A DNA stretch of 64,000 bases from NCBI GenBank assembly GCA_024278935.1, contig JAJRSF010000006.1, positions 37,842 through 101,841 on the forward strand, given 5' to 3'. Of the stretch, positions 38,311-46,984 are shown in pieces. Position 1 is the stretch's first letter, and each line of letters opens with the position of its first letter. The notes below the pieces were generated by a model. That model had not been told where the DNA came from. It saw only the letters and a list, made by a program, of their open reading frames with translations, and did no database searches. The translations under genes were made by a program, and so were the position numbers. Source of the stretch: Candidatus Zixiibacteriota bacterium. GTDB taxonomy: Bacteria > Zixibacteria > MSB-5A5 > GN15 > FEB-12.

Positions 38311-38853
38311 CTAAGATTCTTCTGTGTTATTTTCAAGTACTTCTTCTTCTACTTCACCGTCTAATTTTTTAGTCAGAATGAGATACAACAGATAAACTAT
38401 CGAGCATGAGATTGCCGAGTCGGCAATGTTAAACGTCCACCATCGTTGCAACTGAAACCCAAATAGGTCAATATCGAAAAAGTCGACATCAATAAAGTCG
38501 ACAACTTTTCCATAGGCGATTCGGTCAATCAAATTTCCAATAGCACCACCTGCGATAAACGAAAGAGGAACCGAGAGCATTAGTTTTGAACGGTTAGCGT
38601 AAATATAGTAGAGGACAAAAAGTAAAATCAACGATGCTGAGATAAGGTAATAATTCGATGAGCCCAAGTTGGTTCCCATCGCTCCCCCCTCGTTATAAAC
38701 AAGTGTGAACATAAAAAATTGACCAATAACTTCAATAGGGTTGCCATAAGTTAGCGCATCGACCGCCCAGATTTTTGTAATCTGATCAAAGGCTACAACA
38801 AGAAAAATTATAGCAAGCGGGATAAATAAGTGTCGTTTTGTCGGGGTGTCCAA
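38311..38853 (-). CDS. lspA: Lipoprotein signal peptidase (signal peptidase II)
   Basis: Motifs ..NEGGAMG.., ..GGAIGNLIDR.. and ..FNIADS.. are present. The start was placed at TTG 38853, 4 nt after the dksA-like stop. The track extension to 39078 overlaps that gene in another frame. Confidence 0.88.
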   Translation of the reverse strand: MDTPTKRHLFIPLAIIFLVVAFDQITKIWAVDALTYGNPIEVIGQFFMFTLVYNEGGAMGTNLGSSNYYLISASLILLFVLYYIYANRSKLMLSVPLSFIAGGAIGNLIDRIAYGKVVDFIDVDFFDIDLFGFQLQRWWTFNIADSAISCSIVYLLYLILTKKLDGEVEEEVLENNTEES

Positions 38854-38857
38854 TCTA

Positions 38858-39259
38858 TTATCTCTTACCTTTTTTTTGGATAGGTTTTTTCTTCTCTTCT
38901 TCTTCTTTACAGGCGATACAAAAACGAGCATGCGGAACAACTTCAAGCCGTGCGTTCGGGATTTTTTTATCACATGCAAAACATTTGCCGTAACTACCAT
39001 CTTCGATACGCTTGAGTGCTTCATCAATATGATGCACAAACCGTCCCGATTTTGAACCACGGGCAAAAGCCATTTCACGTTCCATGGCGTCGGTACCTTG
39101 GTCGGCCATATGATAGGAATGCGATGAAAGGTCGCCGGTTTTTTCTTTCAAGGTAGCATCAAAGCGTGATGAAATACCTGAAATTTCTTTTGTCATCGTC
39201 GCACGTTTTTCAATCAGAAGAGATTTAAATTTTTGTAAATCGGATTTTTTCATTTTCAT
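38858..39259 (-). CDS. DksA/TraR-family C4 zinc-finger protein
   Basis: 133 aa with a coiled-coil N-terminus and CFACDKKI..x17..CIAC. Its position between ileS and lspA is common. Confidence 0.8.
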   Translation of the reverse strand: MKMKKSDLQKFKSLLIEKRATMTKEISGISSRFDATLKEKTGDLSSHSYHMADQGTDAMEREMAFARGSKSGRFVHHIDEALKRIEDGSYGKCFACDKKIPNARLEVVPHARFCIACKEEEEKKKPIQKKGKR

Positions 39260-39277
39260 TTTTTCACCACCGATTTC

Positions 39278-42200
39278 TTATTTTTTCAGAACTTCTATTT
39301 CTGCTTTTTCACCGTTAATGTTCCACTCGGTGCCATTATCAAGTTTCTCTTTAAACTCAATACTGTCTGCCAAAGTTTCACTTGTAATAAAGTCTTTATA
39401 TTTTGTGAGTGCATCAACTAATTTTTTCGATGATGCCACAAATATTTCAATCCGATCGGTCACATCAAATCCGTTGGTTTTCCGCATATTCTGAACTTTA
39501 TTGACTACTTCGCGGGCGAACCCTTCGTTTATTAACTCACCAGAAAGCAATGTTTCCAATGCGATAGTCAATGAACCTTCCGACTCAACAGCGTAGTTGT
39601 CGATTTCCGTTTTCTTGATATCGATTTCGTCGGTGGTTAAGTCAAACGATGTGCCGTTTATATCAAGACTGATTTTTTTATCAGAGGCAAACTTTTTGAC
39701 CGTATTTGAATCAAGAGCTACTATTTGAGCGGCACCATCTTTAGCGTTTTTACCCAGCTTTGAACCGGCAGTTTTAAAATTCAACTTCGCAGCATAGGTA
39801 ACAAGTTCGTCCAAAGAATCCGACGCTTCGATTGCTTTAATATTTAGCTCGTCTTTAATGACATTAAGAAACTCGTCTAACGACTCAAAAGATTGACCGT
39901 CAGGTAAATTGATAATCAACTTTGCAAGCGGTTGACGAACCTTAAGGTTTTTGCCTGAACGAGCAGCCCGACCAAGCGAAACGATTTTTTCCGAAAGTCC
40001 CATTGCTGTTTCAAGCTGTCTGTCGATTAACGACTCATCATGTTTAGGATATGATGTCATATGAATCGAAAGAGGTATATCATATTTCTCTCTGTTTTCA
40101 CCCATCAACTCTTTCCAAATCATTTCAGAAACCATTGGGACAACAGGAGCCGAAAGCTGACAGATACCTGCGAGCATTTGATAGAGCGTGAGGTAGGCTC
40201 TCATCTTAGATGGGTCGTCACCTTTTGCCCAGAACCGACGACGGTTATTGCGGACATACCAGTTGGAAAGTTCTTCGATAACAAAACTCTGAATCGCCCG
40301 AGTTGGTTTGGTGATTTCGTAATTATCAAACGACTCGGTTACTTCTTTGACAAGCGAGTTGTAACGAGAGATTATCCATTTATCAAAAATATCTTTTTCG
40401 CCTGCTTTGCTTTCTAAAAATGCTTCGACAGATTTGTTATCATCTGCAGCACGCTGAGGGATGTTGTCAATGTTTGCATAGATAGCAAAAAACGAATATG
40501 TATTTTTTAAAGTATCAAAATATTTTCGGATAACTTCTTTGAGACCTTCTAAATCAAATTTTGTCGGAAGCCATGGGTTCGATGTTGAAACCATATACCA
40601 CCTGATAGGGTCGGCGCCAAAATCGTCAACAGTTGTGAATGGGTTGACAACGTTGCCTTTATGTTTCGACATTTTTTTACCATGCTTATCCAAAATAAAT
40701 TCAAGGACAATAACATTTTTAAATGGTATATCATCAAACAAGATAGTTGAGATAGCCAAGAGTGAATAGAACCATCCGCGAGTTTGATCAACGGCTTCAG
40801 AAATAAAGTCTGCCGGAAACTTATCTTCAAACTTTTCTTTATTTTCAAATGGGTAATGCCATTGGGCAAATGGCATCGCACCGGAATCAAACCAGACATC
40901 AACAACTTCCGGGATACGGGTCATCGTGCCACCACATTCACAAGTCAGCTTGATATCATCCATCATCGGTTTGTGCAAATCAAGTTCTTCGGGAACATCG
41001 ATTCCTTCTTTGCGTAGTTGCTCAATAGAACCTACCTCACGTTGCTTTTTACAATCTTTGTCATCACAAATCCAAATCGGGATAGGAGTTCCCCAGAAGC
41101 GTTCGCGTGAAAGAGCCCAGTCGACATTATTCTCAAGCCAGTTGAGCATACGACCGGAACGGATTTCATCGGGATGCCAATTAATTTTATTATTATTTTC
41201 AATCAACTTCTCTTTAAACTGAGTCGTTTTGAGATACCATGATTTTTGAGCGATATAAATAAGCGGAGAATCGCATCGCCAGCAGAACGGATAGTTATGT
41301 TCGTACTGTTCTTTTTTAAACATCAGTCCGGCAATTTTTAGATTCTTAATAATTTCTTTGTCGGCATCTTTGATAAACATACCGGCGTAAGGTTTTACAA
41401 AATCTTTGAACGTTCCGTTGTTGTGTATTGCCTGAAATACAGGAAGATTATTTGCTTTGCCGATTTCATAATCGTCAGCACCAAAGCCAGGGGCGATATG
41501 AACAATTCCAGTTCCATCGTCAAGCGTTACAAAATCGCCATTGACTGCGAAATATGCTTTGTCGGACTGATCTGCAAAACAGTCAAAGAGCGGTTCATAT
41601 TTACGTCCGACAAAATCAGAACCTTTAAATTTTTCTAAAACTTTTACTTCAGTATCACCACCAAAAACTTTATTGATAAGTGCTTCAGCCAGCAATAATT
41701 TTTCATCTTCATGCTCAACAATAACATAGTCGGCGTCAGCTTTGAGACAGATAGCGGCGTTTGATGGAAGCGTCCATGGCGTAGTAGTCCAGACGAGGTA
41801 TGAGAAATCTCCGTCGGCAGCTTTCATTTTGACATAAATCGACGGGTCTTTTATCATCTGGTAGCCTTGAGCTACTTCGTGCGATGAAAGACCTGTGCCA
41901 CACCTTGGGCAGTATGGGACAATTTTGTGTCCTTGATAAATCAGGTCGCGGTCGTAGAAATTTTTCAGGATCCACCAGACCGATTCGATGTAATCATTTT
42001 TGAGAGTGACATAGGCGTCGTCGAGATCAAGCCAGTAGCCGGTTCGTTCGGTGATCGTGTTCCAGTCTTCGAGGTAAGTGAAAACCGATTCGCGGCATTT
42101 TTTGTTAAATTTGGAAATTCCGTATTCGACAATTTCTTTTTTCGACTTTAAACCGAGCTGTTTTTCAACTTCGATTTCAACCGGTAAACCATGGGTGTCC

Positions 42201-42457
42201 CATCCACCTTTACGGTCGACTCTGAAGCCTTGCATCGATTTGTATCGGCAGACTAAGTCTTTGACAGTACGGGAGATAACATGGTGAATACCTGGGCGTC
42301 CGTTGGCTGTTGGTGGTCCTTCAAAAAAGACAAAATGGGGACGGTCTTTTGCGAGTTGGTTCGATTTGTGGAAAACATCATCAGTTTTCCAAAATTTGAG
42401 TATATTTTCTTCCTCTTTCGGGAGGGAGTAATTTTCTTTTAATTCGTTAAATTTCAT
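39278..42457 (-). CDS. ileS: Isoleucine--tRNA ligase
   Basis: 1059 aa with a HIGH-type motif (..PTANGRPGIHH..), a KMSKH (KMSKS-type) motif and an editing-domain insertion. Collinear with IleRS. Confidence 0.98.
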   Translation of the reverse strand: MKFNELKENYSLPKEEENILKFWKTDDVFHKSNQLAKDRPHFVFFEGPPTANGRPGIHHVISRTVKDLVCRYKSMQGFRVDRKGGWDTHGLPVEIEVEKQLGLKSKKEIVEYGISKFNKKCRESVFTYLEDWNTITERTGYWLDLDDAYVTLKNDYIESVWWILKNFYDRDLIYQGHKIVPYCPRCGTGLSSHEVAQGYQMIKDPSIYVKMKAADGDFSYLVWTTTPWTLPSNAAICLKADADYVIVEHEDEKLLLAEALINKVFGGDTEVKVLEKFKGSDFVGRKYEPLFDCFADQSDKAYFAVNGDFVTLDDGTGIVHIAPGFGADDYEIGKANNLPVFQAIHNNGTFKDFVKPYAGMFIKDADKEIIKNLKIAGLMFKKEQYEHNYPFCWRCDSPLIYIAQKSWYLKTTQFKEKLIENNNKINWHPDEIRSGRMLNWLENNVDWALSRERFWGTPIPIWICDDKDCKKQREVGSIEQLRKEGIDVPEELDLHKPMMDDIKLTCECGGTMTRIPEVVDVWFDSGAMPFAQWHYPFENKEKFEDKFPADFISEAVDQTRGWFYSLLAISTILFDDIPFKNVIVLEFILDKHGKKMSKHKGNVVNPFTTVDDFGADPIRWYMVSTSNPWLPTKFDLEGLKEVIRKYFDTLKNTYSFFAIYANIDNIPQRAADDNKSVEAFLESKAGEKDIFDKWIISRYNSLVKEVTESFDNYEITKPTRAIQSFVIEELSNWYVRNNRRRFWAKGDDPSKMRAYLTLYQMLAGICQLSAPVVPMVSEMIWKELMGENREKYDIPLSIHMTSYPKHDESLIDRQLETAMGLSEKIVSLGRAARSGKNLKVRQPLAKLIINLPDGQSFESLDEFLNVIKDELNIKAIEASDSLDELVTYAAKLNFKTAGSKLGKNAKDGAAQIVALDSNTVKKFASDKKISLDINGTSFDLTTDEIDIKKTEIDNYAVESEGSLTIALETLLSGELINEGFAREVVNKVQNMRKTNGFDVTDRIEIFVASSKKLVDALTKYKDFITSETLADSIEFKEKLDNGTEWNINGEKAEIEVLKK

Positions 42458-42558
42458 ATTCTTACACGAGTTTTAGGTTGTTTGTTTTATAGCCTATAAT
42501 AATAGCCGTTTTGATACGTTTTGTAAAGGTTTTTGTGTTTGGCTGGGTGGAATTGATA

Positions 42559-42784
42559 TGTATAGTACGTGTATAGTATATGTATAGAGTATACACGTTA
42601 TTAGTGAATATATGACATGTAAACAATACGTAAAGTATATGTAAAGACTTTGTGTGTTATTGCGATAACGTATAAAGTATTATATTAACTTTATCTATCT
42701 ATTGACAAACATATAAAGTTATACTATGATATTTATGTGTTATACCGATATTATGTGTAAACAACATATAAAGTACATGTAAAC
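42559..42784. repeat. AT-rich phased and dispersed direct repeats upstream of fic
   Basis: TGTATAG starts at 42559, 42570 and 42581 (11-bp phasing). ATGTAAACAATACGTAAAGTATATGTAAAG at 42617-42646 pairs with GTGTAAACAACATATAAAGTACATGTAAAC at 42755-42784. TGTGTTAT-n-CGATA units occur at about 42653 and 42736. Confidence 0.7.
42702..42730 (+). promoter_or_regulatory. Sigma70-like promoter candidate for fic
   Basis: TTGACA (42702-42707), a 17-nt spacer and TATGAT (42725-42730), about 100 nt upstream of ATG 42831. Confidence 0.5.
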
Positions 42785-42830
42785 TGTTTATATGTTATTA
42801 TATCTATTTGTATAATGAAAGTAGGTTAAA

Positions 42831-44171
42831 ATGGAAAAATATAAGCTAGAAAAACCAGATATATCAAAAATCAACAATAAAGAACTAATAGACAAATTTT
42901 TAACTATTAATAATTTTGGAAATTACAGCTTTAGAGCGTCTTATCCAAATTATCTCTTTTGGGATAGAGTTAAATACTTAGAAAGACCTTCAAATTTTTC
43001 AGATAAAGAATTTTGGTTAATGATTAAACTTTTCAGAAAAAATTCTCCAAATAGAATAAATAGTATAATTATAACAGAAAAAGGCGAATACTTTACTTGG
43101 CAACCAGTAAGTAATGCGGAGAGTTTTTATCATGAAGTAACTCAGCAATGTAGTGGGAATTTAAAATTATCAAATGTTACAAGTGAAAAACAAAAACAGT
43201 ATTACATGTCAAAGGGAGTCATGGAAGAAGCAATAGCATCGTCTCAACTTGAAGGTGCTGCGGTTACAAGAAAAGTTGCCAAAAAAATGATTCGTGAAAA
43301 AAGAAAGCCAAAGAATAAATCGGAGCAGATGATTCTAAATAATTTCAACACAATAATTTATATAGAGCAAGAATTTCAAAACAAAGAGTTAAGTTTAGAA
43401 AACCTCTGTGAACTACAAAGTATGCTAACAGAAAATACGTTTGATGATGATACAAAAAGAGGGAGGCTTAGAAAAGACTCTGATGAAATTGTAGTTGAAA
43501 ATACGGAAGATGGAAAAGTTTTACATAGCCCCCCAAAAGAAGAATTCTTAAAAAGTGAAATAAAAAGACTTTTAGATTATGCGAATGATAAAATATCTGA
43601 CGTTCAGTTTGTGCATCCAGTAACAAAGGCAATAGTTATTCATTTTTGGATCGGTTATTTACATCCATTTTGTGATGGAAACGGTCGTTTGGCGAGAGCT
43701 CTGTTTTATTGGTATCTATTAAAACATAATTACTGGGTGTTTTCATATCTACCGCTATCCAAAATAATAAAGGAATCTCCTGTTCAATATAGAAACGCAT
43801 ACCTCTACACAGAACAAGACGATTTAGATTTAACATATTTTATTGATTATAATATTAGGAAAATAAAACAGGCACTTAGCGAGTTTGAATTATATGTTGC
43901 GAAAAAACAAAAACAGAATAAAAAGATGATATTATTTGCACAATCTACATACAATCTTAATGATAGACAAATTAATTTAATTTTATATCTATATAATAAT
44001 AGTGAAGAGAGCACTACAATTAATACACATTCAACAGTTAATGCGGTATCTCGTGTGACAGCTCGGAAAGATTTGATTGCATTAAAAGAATACGGGTTTC
44101 TTACATCCAAAAAAATTGGGAAGTATGTGCATTACTACGCGACTGAAAAAGTAAACGAATTGTTTGAGTAA
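42831..44171 (+). CDS. Fic-family protein (AMPylase-type, with N-terminal inhibitory helix and C-terminal wHTH-like domain)
   Basis: HPFCDGNGRLARAL matches HxFx(D/E)GNGRxxR. SSQLEGA matches the inhibitory (S/T)xxxE(G/N) motif. 446 aa. Confidence 0.9.
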   Translation: MEKYKLEKPDISKINNKELIDKFLTINNFGNYSFRASYPNYLFWDRVKYLERPSNFSDKEFWLMIKLFRKNSPNRINSIIITEKGEYFTWQPVSNAESFYHEVTQQCSGNLKLSNVTSEKQKQYYMSKGVMEEAIASSQLEGAAVTRKVAKKMIREKRKPKNKSEQMILNNFNTIIYIEQEFQNKELSLENLCELQSMLTENTFDDDTKRGRLRKDSDEIVVENTEDGKVLHSPPKEEFLKSEIKRLLDYANDKISDVQFVHPVTKAIVIHFWIGYLHPFCDGNGRLARALFYWYLLKHNYWVFSYLPLSKIIKESPVQYRNAYLYTEQDDLDLTYFIDYNIRKIKQALSEFELYVAKKQKQNKKMILFAQSTYNLNDRQINLILYLYNNSEESTTINTHSTVNAVSRVTARKDLIALKEYGFLTSKKIGKYVHYYATEKVNELFE

Positions 44172-44246
44172 AAATTTTCAGCTTGATATATTAAATAAGT
44201 TATTGTAATATTGATATACAACGTAGCCTATTTTTTGGGAGGTTTT

Positions 44247-45593
44247 ATGATCAAACAATTTATAATTATATTTTTAACAATATTAATAGCATCAAGCTCT
44301 TTTGCTTTAGATAAAAAAATCGAAAAAGCACTTGTAGCAAATGACTGGCAACAAGTATATGATTTACTTGAAAAGAATTCAAAAGATGATCCTATACATA
44401 ACTTTCTTAGGGTACAAGCTTGTATAGCGATTGATTGTGGAGTGGATGTTATTCACCCTAACTTTGATGAAAAGTCTTTTGAAAAGCTTAGCCAATGGAT
44501 TAACAACTTTAGTTCAAGACACCAATACAATATTGTTGCAAAGCAAATGCTTAGGGAATTACATTTATTAAACGGAAATTTTCAAAAAGCAATACAATAT
44601 TCAATTGAGATTACAAAAGGAGACAGTTCGTTTATCTTAGCGTACAATACACGAAGCAATGCATTTATTGCCCAAGGGAAATTTGAGTATGCTCTCAATG
44701 CCTTAAACCAACTACTTATACAAGATACTTCTCATTCATTAGCATATCTTAATCGAGGTGTGATATACGATGAAATGCATGACTACAAAAACGCATTAAT
44801 AAATTATAAAAAATCAATCTAACTAAGCTCAAACAATTCGATGGTATATTACAATCTAGGAAATACCCACCGTCATCTTGGTAACGATTCTTTAGCTATA
44901 ATAAACTATAGTAAAACCTTAGAGATAGATAACAAACATATGGCGGCATATTATAATCGAGGAAACACATACTTTGACACCAAAAGTTTAGAGAATTCCA
45001 AAAAAGATTATCAGATGTTTTTAAAGTTAGTTCCTCAAGAAATGTATCAAATAATAAATACGGTAAATACAAAAATTGAATACATAGATAATTACGATAA
45101 GAACTTTGATAAAGAAAAAATTAGAAATGTTATAACAAACGCTTATGATGCTTGGATAGTACAGGACTGGCTTCTACTGGCATCATCAATGCATCAAGAC
45201 GCTTTAGAGAGATTTAAAAGTATTCATCTTCCTAAGTACCAGTCAATTGATAAGATAAATGGAGAGTTGTTTCTATTTGGGAAAATTGTGTACAATATAA
45301 ATAGTATCATTAATTTTCCACCTCAATTGTTTTTCGAATTTCAAATGAAGCAGTTAACAGGGGAAACAAGTCAATTTAAAGATATGTTCATAGTTCAGAA
45401 GTTGGAAATTCTTGATATACTGGCAGATGGACCTGATATTGCAATAGCAAAATTAAAAATCGAATACGCTACCGGTGAAACAGCTATAGAAAATTTAGAA
45501 ATGATATTTGTAGATAGAAAATGGAAGCTTTGGTATCCTGAGCCGATAGTTAAATTGCTTATGGCAACATCAGAAGAATCTGAAGAAGATTAA
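44247..45593 (+). pseudogene. Secreted TPR-repeat protein, paralog 1, with an in-frame TAA at 44820-44822
   Basis: Track ORFs 44211-44822 and 44841-45593 share one frame. ..NYKKSI*LSSNNSMVYYNLGNTHRHLGNDSLAI.. aligns with paralog 2 ..DYAKTIECNPNNVTAYYNQGNTYRHLGNDSLAI.. (stop opposite Glu). ATG 44247 follows GGGAGG. The signal peptide is MIKQFIIIFLTILIASSSFA. Confidence 0.75.
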
Positions 45594-45613
45594 TTATTTA
45601 ATACGGAGGTTTT

Positions 45614-46969
45614 ATGATCAAACAGTTTATAATTATTTTTATTACAATATTAATAGCATCAAGCTCTTTTGCATTAGATAAAAAAATCGAAAAAGCACTC
45701 GTTGCTAATGACTGGCAACAAGTGTATGATTTACTTGAAAAGAAAAATAAATATAACAAAGATCCTCTACATCAGTTTCTCATGTATCAAGCATGTTTTG
45801 TTCTCAACTGCGATCTTTCTATCAGTTATCCAAAATTAGATAATAAGTCGAGAAAAAAAATTAGCAAATGGATAGATAAATTTAGTTCAAAAAACCCAAA
45901 TAATATTGTATCAAAACATTTCTTAAGTGAACAATATTTAATTAAAGGCAAATATCATAAAGCAATTCTAAGTTCTATTGAAGTTTCCGAGGAAGATAGT
46001 ACCTTTTTACCGGCGTACAATACCCGAAGCAATGCTTTTATTGTTCAAGGTGATTATAAGAATGCTCTCATAGATTTAAATAAAATACTAAGCCAAGATC
46101 CCACCCATTCATATGGCTACCTCTACAGAGGTTTCGTATACGATGAGATGCATGACTATGAAAATGCATTAAAGGACTATGCGAAAACAATAGAATGTAA
46201 CCCAAATAATGTGACGGCTTATTATAATCAAGGTAACACCTATCGACATCTGGGTAATGATTCATTGGCGATTCTGAGTTTTAGTAACGCAATCAAATGT
46301 GACTCCAAGGATTTTTCCGCATATCATAACCGTGGCAATACATATTTTGACAGGGAAGAATTTGCGAATGCCAAAAACGATTATGATAAATTTTTAAAAC
46401 TAGCCCCCAAAGAAATGCGTGATCAAAAGATTGTCATAAAACACAAATTAGAAATAATTAAAAATGGCGGCAGTAGTTTTGATGAGAAGGAAATTGAAAA
46501 AATTATTACAAATGCTTACATAGCGTGGGCGAATAAAGATTGGGAAAATTTCACAACTCAAATGCATCCGCTGGCATTATTAAGATTTAAAGAAGCATTG
46601 CTTCCGTTTTATGATGAGTTGTTTAGAGGCAAAAGCTATAGAGAATATATTATAGTATCAGGGCTAATTTTAAAAAAGGGAAATCTCAGAAGAAGAACAG
46701 ACAAAGAGTTTTTTGAATTGGAAGCAAAACTTTCAAGTTCTGATAAAAGTAATTCACGAGATATATCCCTTCCAAAAAGTATGATAGTAAATAAAATAGA
46801 ACAACTCAGCTTCGACCTACTAAGTGTTAAAATTTATACAACCTATGTAAATGGAAAAAAACAAGACGAAGAACTAGGTCTTAAGTTAGATGGTACCAAG
46901 TGGAAAATATTACTACCGGCGCCATTTATGAGAGTAATGGTGGCAATGATAGAACATTATAAAAAATAA
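45614..46969 (+). CDS. Secreted TPR-repeat protein, paralog 2 (TPR plus unassigned, possibly NTF2-like, C-terminal domain)
   Basis: 451 aa. The first 43 aa match paralog 1 at all but one position. TPR motifs (..AYYNQGNTYRHLGN.., ..AYHNRGNTYF..) are followed by a C-terminal ..ITNAYIAWANKDWENF..WKILLPAP.. domain. Confidence 0.75.
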   Translation: MIKQFIIIFITILIASSSFALDKKIEKALVANDWQQVYDLLEKKNKYNKDPLHQFLMYQACFVLNCDLSISYPKLDNKSRKKISKWIDKFSSKNPNNIVSKHFLSEQYLIKGKYHKAILSSIEVSEEDSTFLPAYNTRSNAFIVQGDYKNALIDLNKILSQDPTHSYGYLYRGFVYDEMHDYENALKDYAKTIECNPNNVTAYYNQGNTYRHLGNDSLAILSFSNAIKCDSKDFSAYHNRGNTYFDREEFANAKNDYDKFLKLAPKEMRDQKIVIKHKLEIIKNGGSSFDEKEIEKIITNAYIAWANKDWENFTTQMHPLALLRFKEALLPFYDELFRGKSYREYIIVSGLILKKGNLRRRTDKEFFELEAKLSSSDKSNSRDISLPKSMIVNKIEQLSFDLLSVKIYTTYVNGKKQDEELGLKLDGTKWKILLPAPFMRVMVAMIEHYKK

Positions 46970-46984
46970 TTTCATAGAGGTTTT

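Noticed and set aside
38854-39078. The long N-terminal extension of the lspA ORF (255-aa track ORF).
   Set aside because: It overlaps the DksA/TraR-like gene in another frame and adds a Lys/Arg-rich non-homologous segment. TTG 38853 gives a normal 180-aa LspA starting 4 nt after the upstream stop.
42540-42830. A CRISPR array or a T-box/riboswitch leader in the ileS-fic spacer.
   Set aside because: The repeats are short, AT-rich, irregularly spaced and imperfect, with no repeat-spacer periodicity and no cas genes. On the ileS (-) strand no T-box or specifier-loop consensus was recognisable.
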